Below, piece after piece: positions 18,595-27,295 of a stretch of 42,410 bases of DNA; position 1 is the first letter of the stretch; every line of letters starts with the position of its first letter. The notes below the pieces were generated by a model. The model worked only from the letters and a program-made list of their open reading frames with translations, ran no database searches and was not told the origin of the DNA. Made by a program: the position numbers and the translations under genes. Source of the DNA: a virus; the UHGV virus genome UHGV-0161119, one strand, 5' to 3'.

Positions 18595-20012
18595 TATTCT
18601 TCATCTCCTGCACCGAATAAGTCTGGCTCTTTCGGTTGTGCTTCTTCTTCAAGTGCTTTTGCTTCTTCTTCACTGAATCCCTCAAATTTTGTTAAATAGT
18701 ACCAGAAAGGAATCTTGCCGCTTACAACATAGCTATACCAACGAGAACGGTCCTCGTCCTCATTGTATGTTATGTCTCCAAAGTCATAGTAAGTCTCATA
18801 CGGTCCACTTGGTGCTAATTGGTACAGATCAGCAAAGATATTAAGTGCTGCAATCAAATCATCCATGCAGAACTGTAGCTTGTCCCTAACGTCCTTGATA
18901 AACTGTATCGTTCTCTGCTGCTCTGCTTCTACGCCTGTAGCTGTCTGAATCCCTGTCGTTTCGTTAAATACAAAGTATCCATTGGAGAATCCGCATTTAT
19001 ACCCAATCTGTGACAGCAGGGCATTGATTCCTGTCAATCGTGTATCCGTGTTGAGACTTGGGTTTACCTCTTGATAGAATCCTTTAATGTCTGTGCTGTT
19101 CACATTCTTAACAAACTCTGGTAATCTCAACCGCTTCTTGCTTCTCTCAAATCCATCTTGAGTATTGTTTACCCTTGTACCAGTCTCCATTAACTTGTCG
19201 GAGTCTAGCAGCAACATTCTTCGGCTGTCGAATATCTCTGTTGCGTTCCTGCTGTATGCAGTGTCTAAATCTTTTAGCTCTTCTATTGCTTCGTAAAAAA
19301 TAGGCAATCCTAAACTACAATGCAAGTCTACATTGTTCGCCTGCGGAGTCCTAAGAACTGCATACAGGCGTTGTCCGTTCAGATTTGCAAGTCCTACATC
19401 TTCTAGTTCTCCACGCCAAGGTGTCTCGTCTATGTCAATTGGCTTTCCTGTATCGTTGGCATCCTTAGAAGCATAGCAACGATTTGTAATCTGATACACG
19501 TCCTCGATGTACCTATGATATTCTAGTTTGGTGTAGTATGTCCTGCCATCACTAGAAATTTCTCTATGCACAAACACAATGCCTTGAATCTCTCCATTGC
19601 TTTCGTCTGTAACAATAAAGTTCTCTGGTGTAATCAAGTCCACACTTGCACCGTTAGGTTTTAATACAACTGTACCGTATGCACAGCCATATTCTACGTG
19701 ATGTCGTACCTGCTCTAGTTCTTTGTCTATCTGCTCCTGCAACCAATTAGCTCTTGCACTGCCATCTATCTCTATGCCTATTGCAAGTGTAGCAAGGCGT
19801 GCTGTCTCACTGCATACAGCTTTTGCGAAGTTGATAGTCTTTATATGCTCGTCCTTGTCTAACCAGTGCGGACTGCCCTTATAGATGTATGCACATTTTT
19901 CTATAGCTCTCTGCATCTCTGGACTGGTAACAGTATCAATCTTAAATTCGTCTCTTGCCTTTTGTCTAAAAAGGGCACTTAATATCTCTTTCATTTTGCT
20001 TATTATACCCAT
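18594..20012 (-). CDS. Portal protein (A118-like)
   Basis: 472 aa after terminase; IQTATGVE and FGDI motifs. Confidence 0.85.
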   Translation of the reverse strand: MGIISKMKEILSALFRQKARDEFKIDTVTSPEMQRAIEKCAYIYKGSPHWLDKDEHIKTINFAKAVCSETARLATLAIGIEIDGSARANWLQEQIDKELEQVRHHVEYGCAYGTVVLKPNGASVDLITPENFIVTDESNGEIQGIVFVHREISSDGRTYYTKLEYHRYIEDVYQITNRCYASKDANDTGKPIDIDETPWRGELEDVGLANLNGQRLYAVLRTPQANNVDLHCSLGLPIFYEAIEELKDLDTAYSRNATEIFDSRRMLLLDSDKLMETGTRVNNTQDGFERSKKRLRLPEFVKNVNSTDIKGFYQEVNPSLNTDTRLTGINALLSQIGYKCGFSNGYFVFNETTGIQTATGVEAEQQRTIQFIKDVRDKLQFCMDDLIAALNIFADLYQLAPSGPYETYYDFGDITYNEDEDRSRWYSYVVSGKIPFWYYLTKFEGFSEEEAKALEEEAQPKEPDLFGAGDEE

Positions 20013-20192
20013 CTATTCCACCGTCACAAACTCGACATTTTTTATATTTGTTTTTATGTCTGCTTGCATTAGATCACTGTTTACGTTTATCTCTACAATT
20101 CCGTTGTGCCATGCTACCTCTGTAATGTTATCTACATGTAACAGTACATTCCCGATTTTTATGCATCTTACATCTTTTAGATTTATCATCAT
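20013..20192 (-). CDS. Small hypothetical protein (59 aa; not in the ORF track)
   Basis: RBS AAGGAG; MMINLKDVRC...FVTVE; fills the terL-portal gap. Confidence 0.6.
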   Translation of the reverse strand: MMINLKDVRCIKIGNVLLHVDNITEVAWHNGIVEINVNSDLMQADIKTNIKNVEFVTVE

Positions 20193-20206
20193 TGTTTTTG
20201 TCTCCT

Positions 20207-21451
20207 TTACGCACTCTCTCCACGTCTCATGCTCATTGGACTTGTCGCATACCTTAATGCATCAATAAAATGGTCGTTGCCGTCTGGATAATCTGCCTTG
20301 ATTTCTCCGTTTTCATCTACCTCATGCTCGTAGCTTATTACCTCTTCATACAGCCGTGGAGTTCTCGCAGGGTCTATGACTAATGTCCTGCACTGCAACC
20401 ATTCATAAGAGTATTTACGACTACCCGGATATACGTTTGTTTTGTTTGCCACAAGTCCTGCATCTCTAAAGTCTAAGATGCTTTCTATCTCGTCAGCTCC
20501 ACAACTAATACTATAGTCGTTGTATCCCTTACCTATAATCATCTGTGACATTGCAGTGTTGCGGATTTTTTGACCGCCCAACTCGTCTATGCACAAGATT
20601 TTTTGTGATGCAGGCATATATGCACATCTGACAAATGCTTTCGGGTCTGGATAGTATCCCCAGTCCTGCCCTTGATATATTTTTTCCTGCCTTGCTATTT
20701 CTTCGTCCGTGATCGTGCGGATTTCCAGAAGCTCAAAGATATTTGTTCCCAGTCCTACAGGGATTCCCAAATACTCATGCTTGTATGCACGTTCATTCGT
20801 TTCTTTTAAGTAGTCTGCATCGACATAGAACTGAGGTCCTAACCACTCCGCAGGAACCGTTGTATAATTGCTCTTATGCCTATAGCTGTCCTCTCTTGCT
20901 TCTGCTACATACTTATTTGCCCAATTATTTACACTGATTGGTGGGTTAAATGTCTTAAATACAACAAACTTAGGACCACCACGCAATATAGATTGCTGTA
21001 CTGTTCGGATTTCTTCAATGCCTGCGAACTCGTCTAATTCCTCGAACCATAAATATTTTATATATCCTTTAGACACCTTTACAGACTTTGACTTTTTAGC
21101 TTTGTCAAGACCTCTGTACAGTATCTTTTGTCCTGTCGGCTTGTATGTGTGTTGCATAGGGCTTACAGACGATTCCCACAGATCAGAAACGCCTAACGCA
21201 TCTATTGCCCATTCTATCTGTTCAAACACTGATGATCTGCAAGTATCTTTTACCTTTCGATAGACCGCGGCATTTGTAAATTCTCCGTTGGTTTCATCTT
21301 GCATCATGCCCAACACAATCTCCACGGACACAAACGAGGACTTACAAGAACCACGACCACCGTACAAATCATAATAGGTATGCTTGCCGTCTTGAATGTC
21401 CCAATGTACCCTATAAAAAGATGGGGCGATCACATCCGTCAAATTAACCAT
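20207..21451 (-). CDS. terL: Terminase large subunit (PBSX-like)
   Basis: Walker A GGRGSCKS, Walker B WFEE, TFNPP, DWG and DHFIDALRYA. Confidence 0.95.
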   Translation of the reverse strand: MVNLTDVIAPSFYRVHWDIQDGKHTYYDLYGGRGSCKSSFVSVEIVLGMMQDETNGEFTNAAVYRKVKDTCRSSVFEQIEWAIDALGVSDLWESSVSPMQHTYKPTGQKILYRGLDKAKKSKSVKVSKGYIKYLWFEELDEFAGIEEIRTVQQSILRGGPKFVVFKTFNPPISVNNWANKYVAEAREDSYRHKSNYTTVPAEWLGPQFYVDADYLKETNERAYKHEYLGIPVGLGTNIFELLEIRTITDEEIARQEKIYQGQDWGYYPDPKAFVRCAYMPASQKILCIDELGGQKIRNTAMSQMIIGKGYNDYSISCGADEIESILDFRDAGLVANKTNVYPGSRKYSYEWLQCRTLVIDPARTPRLYEEVISYEHEVDENGEIKADYPDGNDHFIDALRYATSPMSMRRGESA

Positions 21452-21462
21452 GCAACCGCTCC

Positions 21463-21903
21463 TTACTCTCTAGGAATATTATTTACTATTGTAATTCCCT
21501 CTGTCTTATTCTCTTCCTGCTTCTTGTCTGCATCCCAGTCTTTAAAATTATTTCTTAGTGCAAATTGTGCACCGTTCGAGCTGTCCTTGTGGAACAAACT
21601 TTCTTCCATTTGTTCTTCAACTCTGCTCTTCGCACGCGTGATGGTGTCGTAAAACTTATCACTGTCTTTTTTATGCTTTTGATAGTACAACAGATCACTT
21701 CTGCCACTAAATCCTAATGCAAGTGCTAATCCTGTTATCGTAGGATGCTTTCTGTCTAAGATAATTGGATACCCTTGTTTGTTGTACTGCTGTTCCCCAT
21801 TAATGACTAATGGTTTTCCCTCACAGCTTTCAAAGTATTCATCTATCTTCTTTTGCATTTCTTTTACACTTTTATATTTAGGCGGTCTACCACCTGCTCC
21901 CAT
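21463..21903 (-). CDS. terS: Terminase small subunit
   Basis: GRPPKY, IDEYF, PTITGLALALG and GAQFALRN motifs; upstream of terL; start placed at ATG 21903. Confidence 0.8.
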   Translation of the reverse strand: MGAGGRPPKYKSVKEMQKKIDEYFESCEGKPLVINGEQQYNKQGYPIILDRKHPTITGLALALGFSGRSDLLYYQKHKKDSDKFYDTITRAKSRVEEQMEESLFHKDSSNGAQFALRNNFKDWDADKKQEENKTEGITIVNNIPRE

Positions 21904-21907
21904 TGTC

Positions 21908-22084
21908 TCACGTCCTTTCGTTTGTATACATTTTTGTTGTCGGTCCTGCTGTCTTGTAATCATCACATACAGTCAAATACCTGTCTCTTATCAATCTCTT
22001 GCCGTTATCCTTAGTGCAGTACATAATACCTCTGTCGGATAATGTATTCTTACAACCTGCACAGCACAGGCTTCTATCTTCCAT
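21908..22084 (-). CDS. Small Cys-rich hypothetical protein
   Basis: RBS AGAGGTG before ATG 22084. Confidence 0.5.
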   Translation of the reverse strand: MEDRSLCCAGCKNTLSDRGIMYCTKDNGKRLIRDRYLTVCDDYKTAGPTTKMYTNERT

Positions 22085-22250
22085 CCTGCACCTCTTTCTG
22101 GTATCTACTGCATACACACATGTGACTACACTTTATATTTACAAGTACCACTTCCGTCTTATCCTCTGGGATAGCTCTTCTCTTTGTCTCCGTCACGATC
22201 TCGCAATGTACGCAATCGTTACAGCAATTCTTTAGTTTGTTATTAATCAA
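22074..22250 (-). CDS. Small Cys-rich hypothetical protein
   Basis: TTG at 22250 with RBS GGGAGGTG; CCNDCVHC motif. Confidence 0.45.
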   Translation of the reverse strand: MINNKLKNCCNDCVHCEIVTETKRRAIPEDKTEVVLVNIKCSHMCVCSRYQKEVQDGR

Positions 22251-22313
22251 AAAAGACACCTCCCAACTATGGTTATTATCTAATATAATTATACCATAGT
22301 AGGAAGTGCCTTT
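22249..22313 (-). promoter_or_regulatory. Terminator-like hairpin with an embedded extended -10 (probable late promoter)
   Basis: Arms GGCACTTCCTACTATGGT / ACCATAGTTGGGAGGTGTC plus a U-tract; TGGTATAAT lies inside (-10 at 22288-22293). Confidence 0.55.
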
Positions 22314-22329
22314 GTTTACACTCTTTTTA

Positions 22330-22587
22330 TTAATGCCTTTGTAGTACAAGATTGTACATGCTATCAACATCTCCTGCTTCTTCGTCAACTCCTGCAACGT
22401 AAGAAACATGCCCCTTGCTTCCTCGGATTTCAAAGTATGCTTCATGCAGTCCGATAATTTTCTTTTCTGCTTCTTCTTTTGTAATTTCGCTGTCTGTTTT
22501 CAAAGACACGTCATACCAGAAGTTCATTTCTCTTGCGATTGCTGATAAAACTAATTTTTTATTTTTTAATTCTTTCATTTTCAACAC
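22330..22587 (-). CDS. Hypothetical protein
   Basis: ORF with RBS AAGGAG, downstream of the AP2 gene. Confidence 0.55.
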   Translation of the reverse strand: MLKMKELKNKKLVLSAIAREMNFWYDVSLKTDSEITKEEAEKKIIGLHEAYFEIRGSKGHVSYVAGVDEEAGDVDSMYNLVLQRH

Positions 22588-23248
22588 TCCTTTTATCCTT
22601 TACATACTCTTTATGCTCTTCCAGAAATTTTCCGAACATTTCTTTTTCAGCTTTCTCTCTTGCTTCTCTTGCATCTTCCTTATTGGCGTATCTGCCCAAG
22701 TAATAATTCTTACCCTTAAATTGTATCTGTGCCACCCATTTATTTCTGCTTTTATCCCAAGACACCCCTTTTATTCCAGAAGTGTTCGTCTTTGGTTTCT
22801 TCATCGTCAGACTTCTTATACTCGTTCCGTCAATGCACTGTTTCTTTGTTTCTGCTGCCATTCTTTTGCCTTGCTCTATTTCATGCGGCTTTCTCAGGCA
22901 TCCGCAGCTTTGCACTCTTCCTTTTGTAAGGCTTCCGCTGTCAACAAAATTTACGTTCCCACAATCACAAATGCACTTCCAAATAATAGCACCATTCGAT
23001 GCTTTTCTATTCGTTGGTTCTATCGCTGTTAGCCTGCCAAATTTTTTACCAGTTAGGTCATTCATCTTTATTCTGGTAGTGCATCCACAGTTTTTCCCAT
23101 TTTTTATGTGTTCTGCTCGTGTTATGAATGTTTTCCCGCATGCAGGGCATACAACTTTTGCCATTGTTCTTTTGTTTTCTCTGTAAACTTCTAGTATTTT
23201 GAATCCGTTTACTGTCTTTCCCTGCATTTCCAACCATTTTGTTCTCAT
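22559..23248 (-). CDS. AP2-domain DNA-binding protein with Cys-rich repeats (paralogue 1)
   Basis: CPACG, CICDCG and SCGC motifs; C-terminal NTSGIKGVSWDKSRNKWVAQI...YLGRY. Confidence 0.75.
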   Translation of the reverse strand: MRTKWLEMQGKTVNGFKILEVYRENKRTMAKVVCPACGKTFITRAEHIKNGKNCGCTTRIKMNDLTGKKFGRLTAIEPTNRKASNGAIIWKCICDCGNVNFVDSGSLTKGRVQSCGCLRKPHEIEQGKRMAAETKKQCIDGTSIRSLTMKKPKTNTSGIKGVSWDKSRNKWVAQIQFKGKNYYLGRYANKEDAREAREKAEKEMFGKFLEEHKEYVKDKRSVENERIKK

Positions 23249-23249
23249 A

Positions 23250-23525
23250 TTAGAACTCCTGCACATCTTTAACGACTAAACAGAAAGCTTCTTCTGCTTC
23301 GTCCTCTCCATTATCTGTTGTGATCTCGAAGAAAATCTGTATTTCGCACTCGTTAGAGTCTGTAGCTGTATATACCACATTTCCATCCTGTTTGATGTCT
23401 GCTGTTACTCCATCATCAAATACGCTGTAATATCCAGACTCCATCATGAAGTTGTCAAAATCTGTGAAGCTCATTTCCTCGTTTAATAATTCTTTTTTGA
23501 TTTCTTCTGCGTTTAATTTTTTCAT
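23250..23525 (-). CDS. Acidic hypothetical protein
   Basis: Strong RBS; first gene after a consensus promoter. Confidence 0.7.
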   Translation of the reverse strand: MKKLNAEEIKKELLNEEMSFTDFDNFMMESGYYSVFDDGVTADIKQDGNVVYTATDSNECEIQIFFEITTDNGEDEAEEAFCLVVKDVQEF

Positions 23526-23573
23526 AACTCATATCTCCTTTTCTTTCTTTGCTTATCTCCTTTAACTGTCTTT

Positions 23574-23602
23574 ATTATACATAATATTTATGTATAAGTC
23601 AA
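23574..23602 (-). promoter_or_regulatory. Consensus sigma-A promoter overlapped by a palindromic operator
   Basis: TTGACT-N17-TATAAT; palindrome TTATACATAA-TAT-TTATGTATAA at 23575-23597. Confidence 0.85.
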
Positions 23603-23610
23603 CACTTTTT

Positions 23611-23841
23611 TCAAATAAAATATTTTATTTTTTCATCATCTGTTATTTCTACTTCTATTACATCATTTACATTTTTTCTAAGCATACAGCAAATAGCATT
23701 AAGGCTTTTCATATTTATTGGTTCGCCTCGCTTTATCTTTGCAAGTGTTCCCTCGCTTAAATACTTGTTTTTTCTTATTATATAAGAAGTGTATCCTTTT
23801 TTCTTTAATTCTTCTTGTACATCTAATTTGTATTTTATCAT
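23611..23841 (-). CDS. Cro/C1-type (XRE) HTH regulator
   Basis: LSEGTLAKIKRGEPINMKSLNAIC...VNDVIE pattern. Confidence 0.8.
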   Translation of the reverse strand: MIKYKLDVQEELKKKGYTSYIIRKNKYLSEGTLAKIKRGEPINMKSLNAICCMLRKNVNDVIEVEITDDEKIKYFI

Positions 23842-23862
23842 TCTTTTCCCTCCTTTTTAATT

Positions 23863-23891
23863 ATTATATCATACTCATAATTTTACATCAA
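23863..23891 (-). promoter_or_regulatory. Promoter of the HTH gene
   Basis: TTGATG-N17-TATAAT. Confidence 0.7.
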
Positions 23892-23898
23892 GAATTTT

Positions 23899-23953
23899 AT
23901 GCATAAATTTTATGCATTTTTCTATTGACGTATGCATAGATTTTATGTATAAT
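23899..23953 (+). promoter_or_regulatory. Consensus promoter with two operators
   Basis: TTGACG(23925)-N17-TATAAT(23948); ATGCATA-N5-TATGYAT at 23899-23917 and 23932-23950. Confidence 0.85.
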
Positions 23954-23999
23954 AAAAGTAAGTTAAGAGAACAAAGCAATCAGAAAAGGAGATAATAAG

Positions 24000-24212
24000 A
24001 TGAAAGAGTTAAGAAAAGAAATTGAAAAGTTAGTTGAAAATGAGGACTTCGTTTCTTATGAAGAGTTCATTTTCGAACTGGAAGAAGAAAAAGAAGAAGT
24101 TAAAAAATATCTTAACTGGAGAGCGAGCGGTGGGAAGATGAACACTGAAACACTTCCAGACAGATATGTAGAAGCTTGTAAGAAGATTTTAGGAGGGATT
24201 GAAAATGAATAA
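24000..24212 (+). CDS. Hypothetical protein
   Basis: RBS AAGGAG; first gene after the promoter. Confidence 0.7.
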   Translation: MKELRKEIEKLVENEDFVSYEEFIFELEEEKEEVKKYLNWRASGGKMNTETLPDRYVEACKKILGGIENE

Positions 24213-24420
24213 AGTAATCGCAATGCTAAGCAGATTATCAACCGAGCAACTTATAAAGGAATTTGACATGACTGAAGATATACCAATTAGTCTTGAATTG
24301 TCCATGGTCCGTGGTTGGATTATGGATGAACTGGAAAAGAGAAATCCAGAAGCTGACAAATGGCTTGATCTTGATTATCCAGATAATGAATCATTAAAAA
24401 AATTATATTTAAACGCATAG
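24205..24420 (+). CDS. Hypothetical protein
   Basis: RBS AGGAGG; overlaps the previous gene. Confidence 0.7.
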   Translation: MNKVIAMLSRLSTEQLIKEFDMTEDIPISLELSMVRGWIMDELEKRNPEADKWLDLDYPDNESLKKLYLNA

Positions 24421-24431
24421 GAGAATGTATC

Positions 24432-24578
24432 ATGAAAAAAATATTATTATCTATCATCTTAACAGCAATCATTACCGCAGGTATCACAGCTAACTACATC
24501 ATCACGCATCAGCAGGTAAGCGGTACAACCGGAAACTACAACATAGAAATTTTAGATCACAACTTTTCATATAGATAA
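24432..24578 (+). CDS. Small membrane/secreted protein (48 aa; not in the ORF track)
   Basis: RBS AGGAG; MKKILLSIILTAIITAGITANYII... signal/TM-like N-terminus. Confidence 0.65.
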   Translation: MKKILLSIILTAIITAGITANYIITHQQVSGTTGNYNIEILDHNFSYR

Positions 24579-24582
24579 CATT

Positions 24583-24607
24583 AAGGACCAGAAAAGTTCT
24601 GGTCCTT
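24583..24607. terminator. Hairpin after the small operon
   Basis: AAGGACCAGAA-AAG-TTCTGGTCCTT perfect stem; weak U-tract. Confidence 0.5.
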
Positions 24608-24620
24608 CGCTGAAATTTTC

Positions 24621-24649
24621 TTGTACATTAGTAATATAATATGTATAAT
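24621..24649 (+). promoter_or_regulatory. Promoter of AP2 paralogue 2
   Basis: TTGTAC-N17-TATAAT. Confidence 0.65.
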
Positions 24650-24674
24650 TCATTACAGAAAGAGGTGTTTATTT

Positions 24675-25466
24675 ATGGCTTTAAGAGAATGCGTTGTCTG
24701 TGGAAAGACTTTTGATGGTGCACCAAGTGCAAAATATTGCTCCGAAGAATGTAAAAACGCACCACGATATACAAATGAATTTAATGGAGAAAAGTGGGGA
24801 AAATTAACTATCATAGATGCTTATAGAAAAAAAGGAAGAGTTTATGCCATTTGCAAATGTGAATGTGGAAATACAAAAACTGTAAGATACGATGCTCTAA
24901 CATCTGGTCGAACTCAATCTTGCGGATGTTTTGCCGAAGCTAATTACTATAAACCATTTGACCTCACTGGTAAAATTAACGATTATGGTTGTAAAGCAAT
25001 TAAGCAAATAAGAGTTGGAAATCGGTATAAATGGGAGTGTGAATGTTCTTGCGGAAAGCACTACCTAGTTCCTGCCGGACTGTTTTACAAACAAATGTCT
25101 TGTGGTTGCTCACATCAAAAAAGTGCCAGAGAAAACCTCAAAAAGGCAGCGAAGACATGTGAACAAGGATATATAGAAAATACATCCATTATATCAATCA
25201 AACCTAGAAAAATGCTACGGAATAACACATCTGGAGTCCGTGGTGTTAGTTGGGACAAAAATCGGCGAAAATGGGCTGCTACAATAGTATTTAAAGGCAA
25301 AACATACCATTTAGGAAGATACTATAATATAGAAGATGCAGCCACGGTTAGAAAAGAAGCAGAAAACGCTCTGTTTGGAGATTTTCTTAAATGGTTTCAA
25401 GAAGTGTATCCAGAACGATGGGAAAAATTCAATAAAAAGGCAAAAAAAGAAGAAACAGAGGATTAA
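24675..25466 (+). CDS. AP2-domain DNA-binding protein with Cys-rich repeats (paralogue 2)
   Basis: CVVCG/YCSEEC finger, CKCECG and SCGC repeats, NTSGVRGVSWDKNRRKWAATI...HLGRY; RBS AGAGGTG. Confidence 0.75.
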   Translation: MALRECVVCGKTFDGAPSAKYCSEECKNAPRYTNEFNGEKWGKLTIIDAYRKKGRVYAICKCECGNTKTVRYDALTSGRTQSCGCFAEANYYKPFDLTGKINDYGCKAIKQIRVGNRYKWECECSCGKHYLVPAGLFYKQMSCGCSHQKSARENLKKAAKTCEQGYIENTSIISIKPRKMLRNNTSGVRGVSWDKNRRKWAATIVFKGKTYHLGRYYNIEDAATVRKEAENALFGDFLKWFQEVYPERWEKFNKKAKKEETED

Positions 25467-25648
25467 CCCCCTGCTTCTTCTTTTATATTCTTCAGATTTT
25501 CTTTTAACATCTTCACACACTCATTAAATCCGTCACGTTTACCGCATAGATACATATTGTGACCGCTGTAATCGTCCATAGGCGGTATTAATGTACATAA
25601 TGCATATAAATCTTGCTTATTCATTTTAAACTCCTTTAAATCCTGCAA
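25463..25648 (-). CDS. Hypothetical protein
   Basis: Last ORF of the leftward early operon; GKRDGFNEC motif; start is probably the internal ATG. Confidence 0.5.
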   Translation of the reverse strand: MQDLKEFKMNKQDLYALCTLIPPMDDYSGHNMYLCGKRDGFNECVKMLKENLKNIKEEAGG

Positions 25649-25868
25649 TTATCGCACAAAATACAGTTGATAACACACATACATAAGATGATAACATTGC
25701 AATTTTTAAAACTTTTTGTATATTTTTATCATTTTTAAATTCCTGTAATGTACGATTTACTACCAGATCAACACAAAAAATTAATAAATATACAGTCGTT
25801 GTTGCTCCACATAGTCCCAGTGATGTTTCTGCAATACCATACATCACTATAAATAATATATTGCTCAC
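25626..25868 (-). CDS. Small two-TM membrane protein
   Basis: Two hydrophobic stretches; overlapping stop/start with the neighbouring gene. Confidence 0.55.
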   Translation of the reverse strand: MSNILFIVMYGIAETSLGLCGATTTVYLLIFCVDLVVNRTLQEFKNDKNIQKVLKIAMLSSYVCVLSTVFCAIIAGFKGV

Positions 25869-26320
25869 TTTTTAGCCATCCTTTCATACATTTCGCAAGT
25901 ACACGTCAATTTATTAACCTGTTGGCACTTTTCTAAATACATATTGTCCATTTCTTTTATGTCCTGCGGTGTCAATCCTGTTTCTTTGTACTCAAGAAGT
26001 TCTTTCAATGCCGCTACTGTCACTTTGTCCAATGGAGTTTCTGCAATGGCTTCATGGGAATGCAGTGCGTTTTTGATAATGTTAATATCTAAGTTTACTC
26101 CTGTTGGTTGATAATATTCAGCACCTATTTTTAAGATGTCATACATAGAAACTTCTAACGCTATTGCAAGCTTTTTTATTGTTTGTAGTTTGGGGTTTCT
26201 TTTTCCATTTTCATATTGTCCTATTTGTTGGTATGACATACCTATTTTCTTTCCCAGTTCGGCTTGTGTCATTCCTTTTAATTTCCTTATTTCTCGGATA
26301 TTTTCGCCTATATCAATCAC
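25865..26320 (-). CDS. XRE-family HTH protein with a C-terminal phage domain
   Basis: MTQAELGKKIGMSYQQIGQYENGKRNP; C-terminal EYKETGLTPQDI. Confidence 0.8.
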   Translation of the reverse strand: MIDIGENIREIRKLKGMTQAELGKKIGMSYQQIGQYENGKRNPKLQTIKKLAIALEVSMYDILKIGAEYYQPTGVNLDINIIKNALHSHEAIAETPLDKVTVAALKELLEYKETGLTPQDIKEMDNMYLEKCQQVNKLTCTCEMYERMAKK

Positions 26321-26523
26321 TTTCTTCCCCTCCTGTTCCTGTTTAAAGCATTTCTTTTCATAAATTTTTCTTTTGATAACGACTTATAATAAGGATTTTT
26401 CTTTTTGATAACGTTCTTCTCTTCCTCGTTTTTGGCTTGGAACTCTTTGTAACCATCACATCTTGTGTGGCAATCCCAACTCCTACCGGTTGCTTCTGTG
26501 CATCCCATACAAGCACATTTCAT
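26317..26523 (-). CDS. Small Cys-rich basic protein
   Basis: CxxC...CHxxCxxY pattern; RBS AGGAG. Confidence 0.6.
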   Translation of the reverse strand: MKCACMGCTEATGRSWDCHTRCDGYKEFQAKNEEEKNVIKKKNPYYKSLSKEKFMKRNALNRNRRGRK

Positions 26524-26533
26524 ATAATCACTC

Positions 26534-26812
26534 CTAAAACTTTATCTCGATTCCTGTTTCATTCTTAATCATGGATTGCAGGTCCTGCACAGTGACAAGA
26601 CCTTTTTCGTAACATTCCTTTAGTTCGTTCATTTTATCAATCCATTTCCCAAGTCTGGCACCACCAAATCCAAATTGGTCGTGTAGTGCCATCGTGCCCA
26701 ATAAAAGAAATGCTGTGTAACTGCTATGTATTAGTTTATCTGCATCCCTGCGATTCTTAACCCTACGTTGTTGTGCGGGTAACTGTCTGTTGTTAAAGAA
26801 ATTGCTTCCCAT
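26534..26812 (-). CDS. Hypothetical phage protein
   Basis: LHDQFGFGGARL...ETGIEI motif; start MGSNF with RBS AAGGCGG. Confidence 0.6.
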   Translation of the reverse strand: MGSNFFNNRQLPAQQRRVKNRRDADKLIHSSYTAFLLLGTMALHDQFGFGGARLGKWIDKMNELKECYEKGLVTVQDLQSMIKNETGIEIKF

Positions 26813-27066
26813 TATAACACCGCCTTTTCTTGTCTGATAAAATATATATCTTGCTTGTGTTTCCAACAATTCAGCATCAATTTGAGTTCTTCCATTGCTT
26901 TTTTCTTTGTTTCATAATATGCAATAGCGACTTTTTCTTGGTCCGAAGCCATAATGCAATATAAACCATATTTTTCTTTTTTCTCTATTATTTCTTTTCC
27001 AATAAACATGCAATCTACATATTCAACATTAATAGCCATCTGTTGGCTTTGTGTAAGCACTAACAT
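26812..27066 (-). CDS. Hypothetical protein (paralogue of 27080 ORF)
   Basis: RBS AAGGAG; similar N-terminus and YxTxxxA motif. Confidence 0.6.
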   Translation of the reverse strand: MLVLTQSQQMAINVEYVDCMFIGKEIIEKKEKYGLYCIMASDQEKVAIAYYETKKKAMEELKLMLNCWKHKQDIYFIRQEKAVL

Positions 27067-27079
27067 TTATAACGCTCCT

Positions 27080-27295
27080 TTATAACTTGATAACACTTTG
27101 TCCTCTGTCATATTGATTAAGTATCTTATCTAATGCATCTTCTGCTTTTTTATGTGTTTTGAATGATTGTATTGTGTAAATATATCCATTCATTAGCTCA
27201 CATTCTACATTCTCTTCGATTGCCCGAATTTCAAGAACATTATCAAGATTCAGAATCTCTCTATCTTTTGTCATTATTAACATGTAAGTCCTCAC
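27080..27295 (-). CDS. Hypothetical protein
   Basis: Operon context; probable start MLIMTKD. Confidence 0.55.
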   Translation of the reverse strand: MRTYMLIMTKDREILNLDNVLEIRAIEENVECELMNGYIYTIQSFKTHKKAEDALDKILNQYDRGQSVIKL

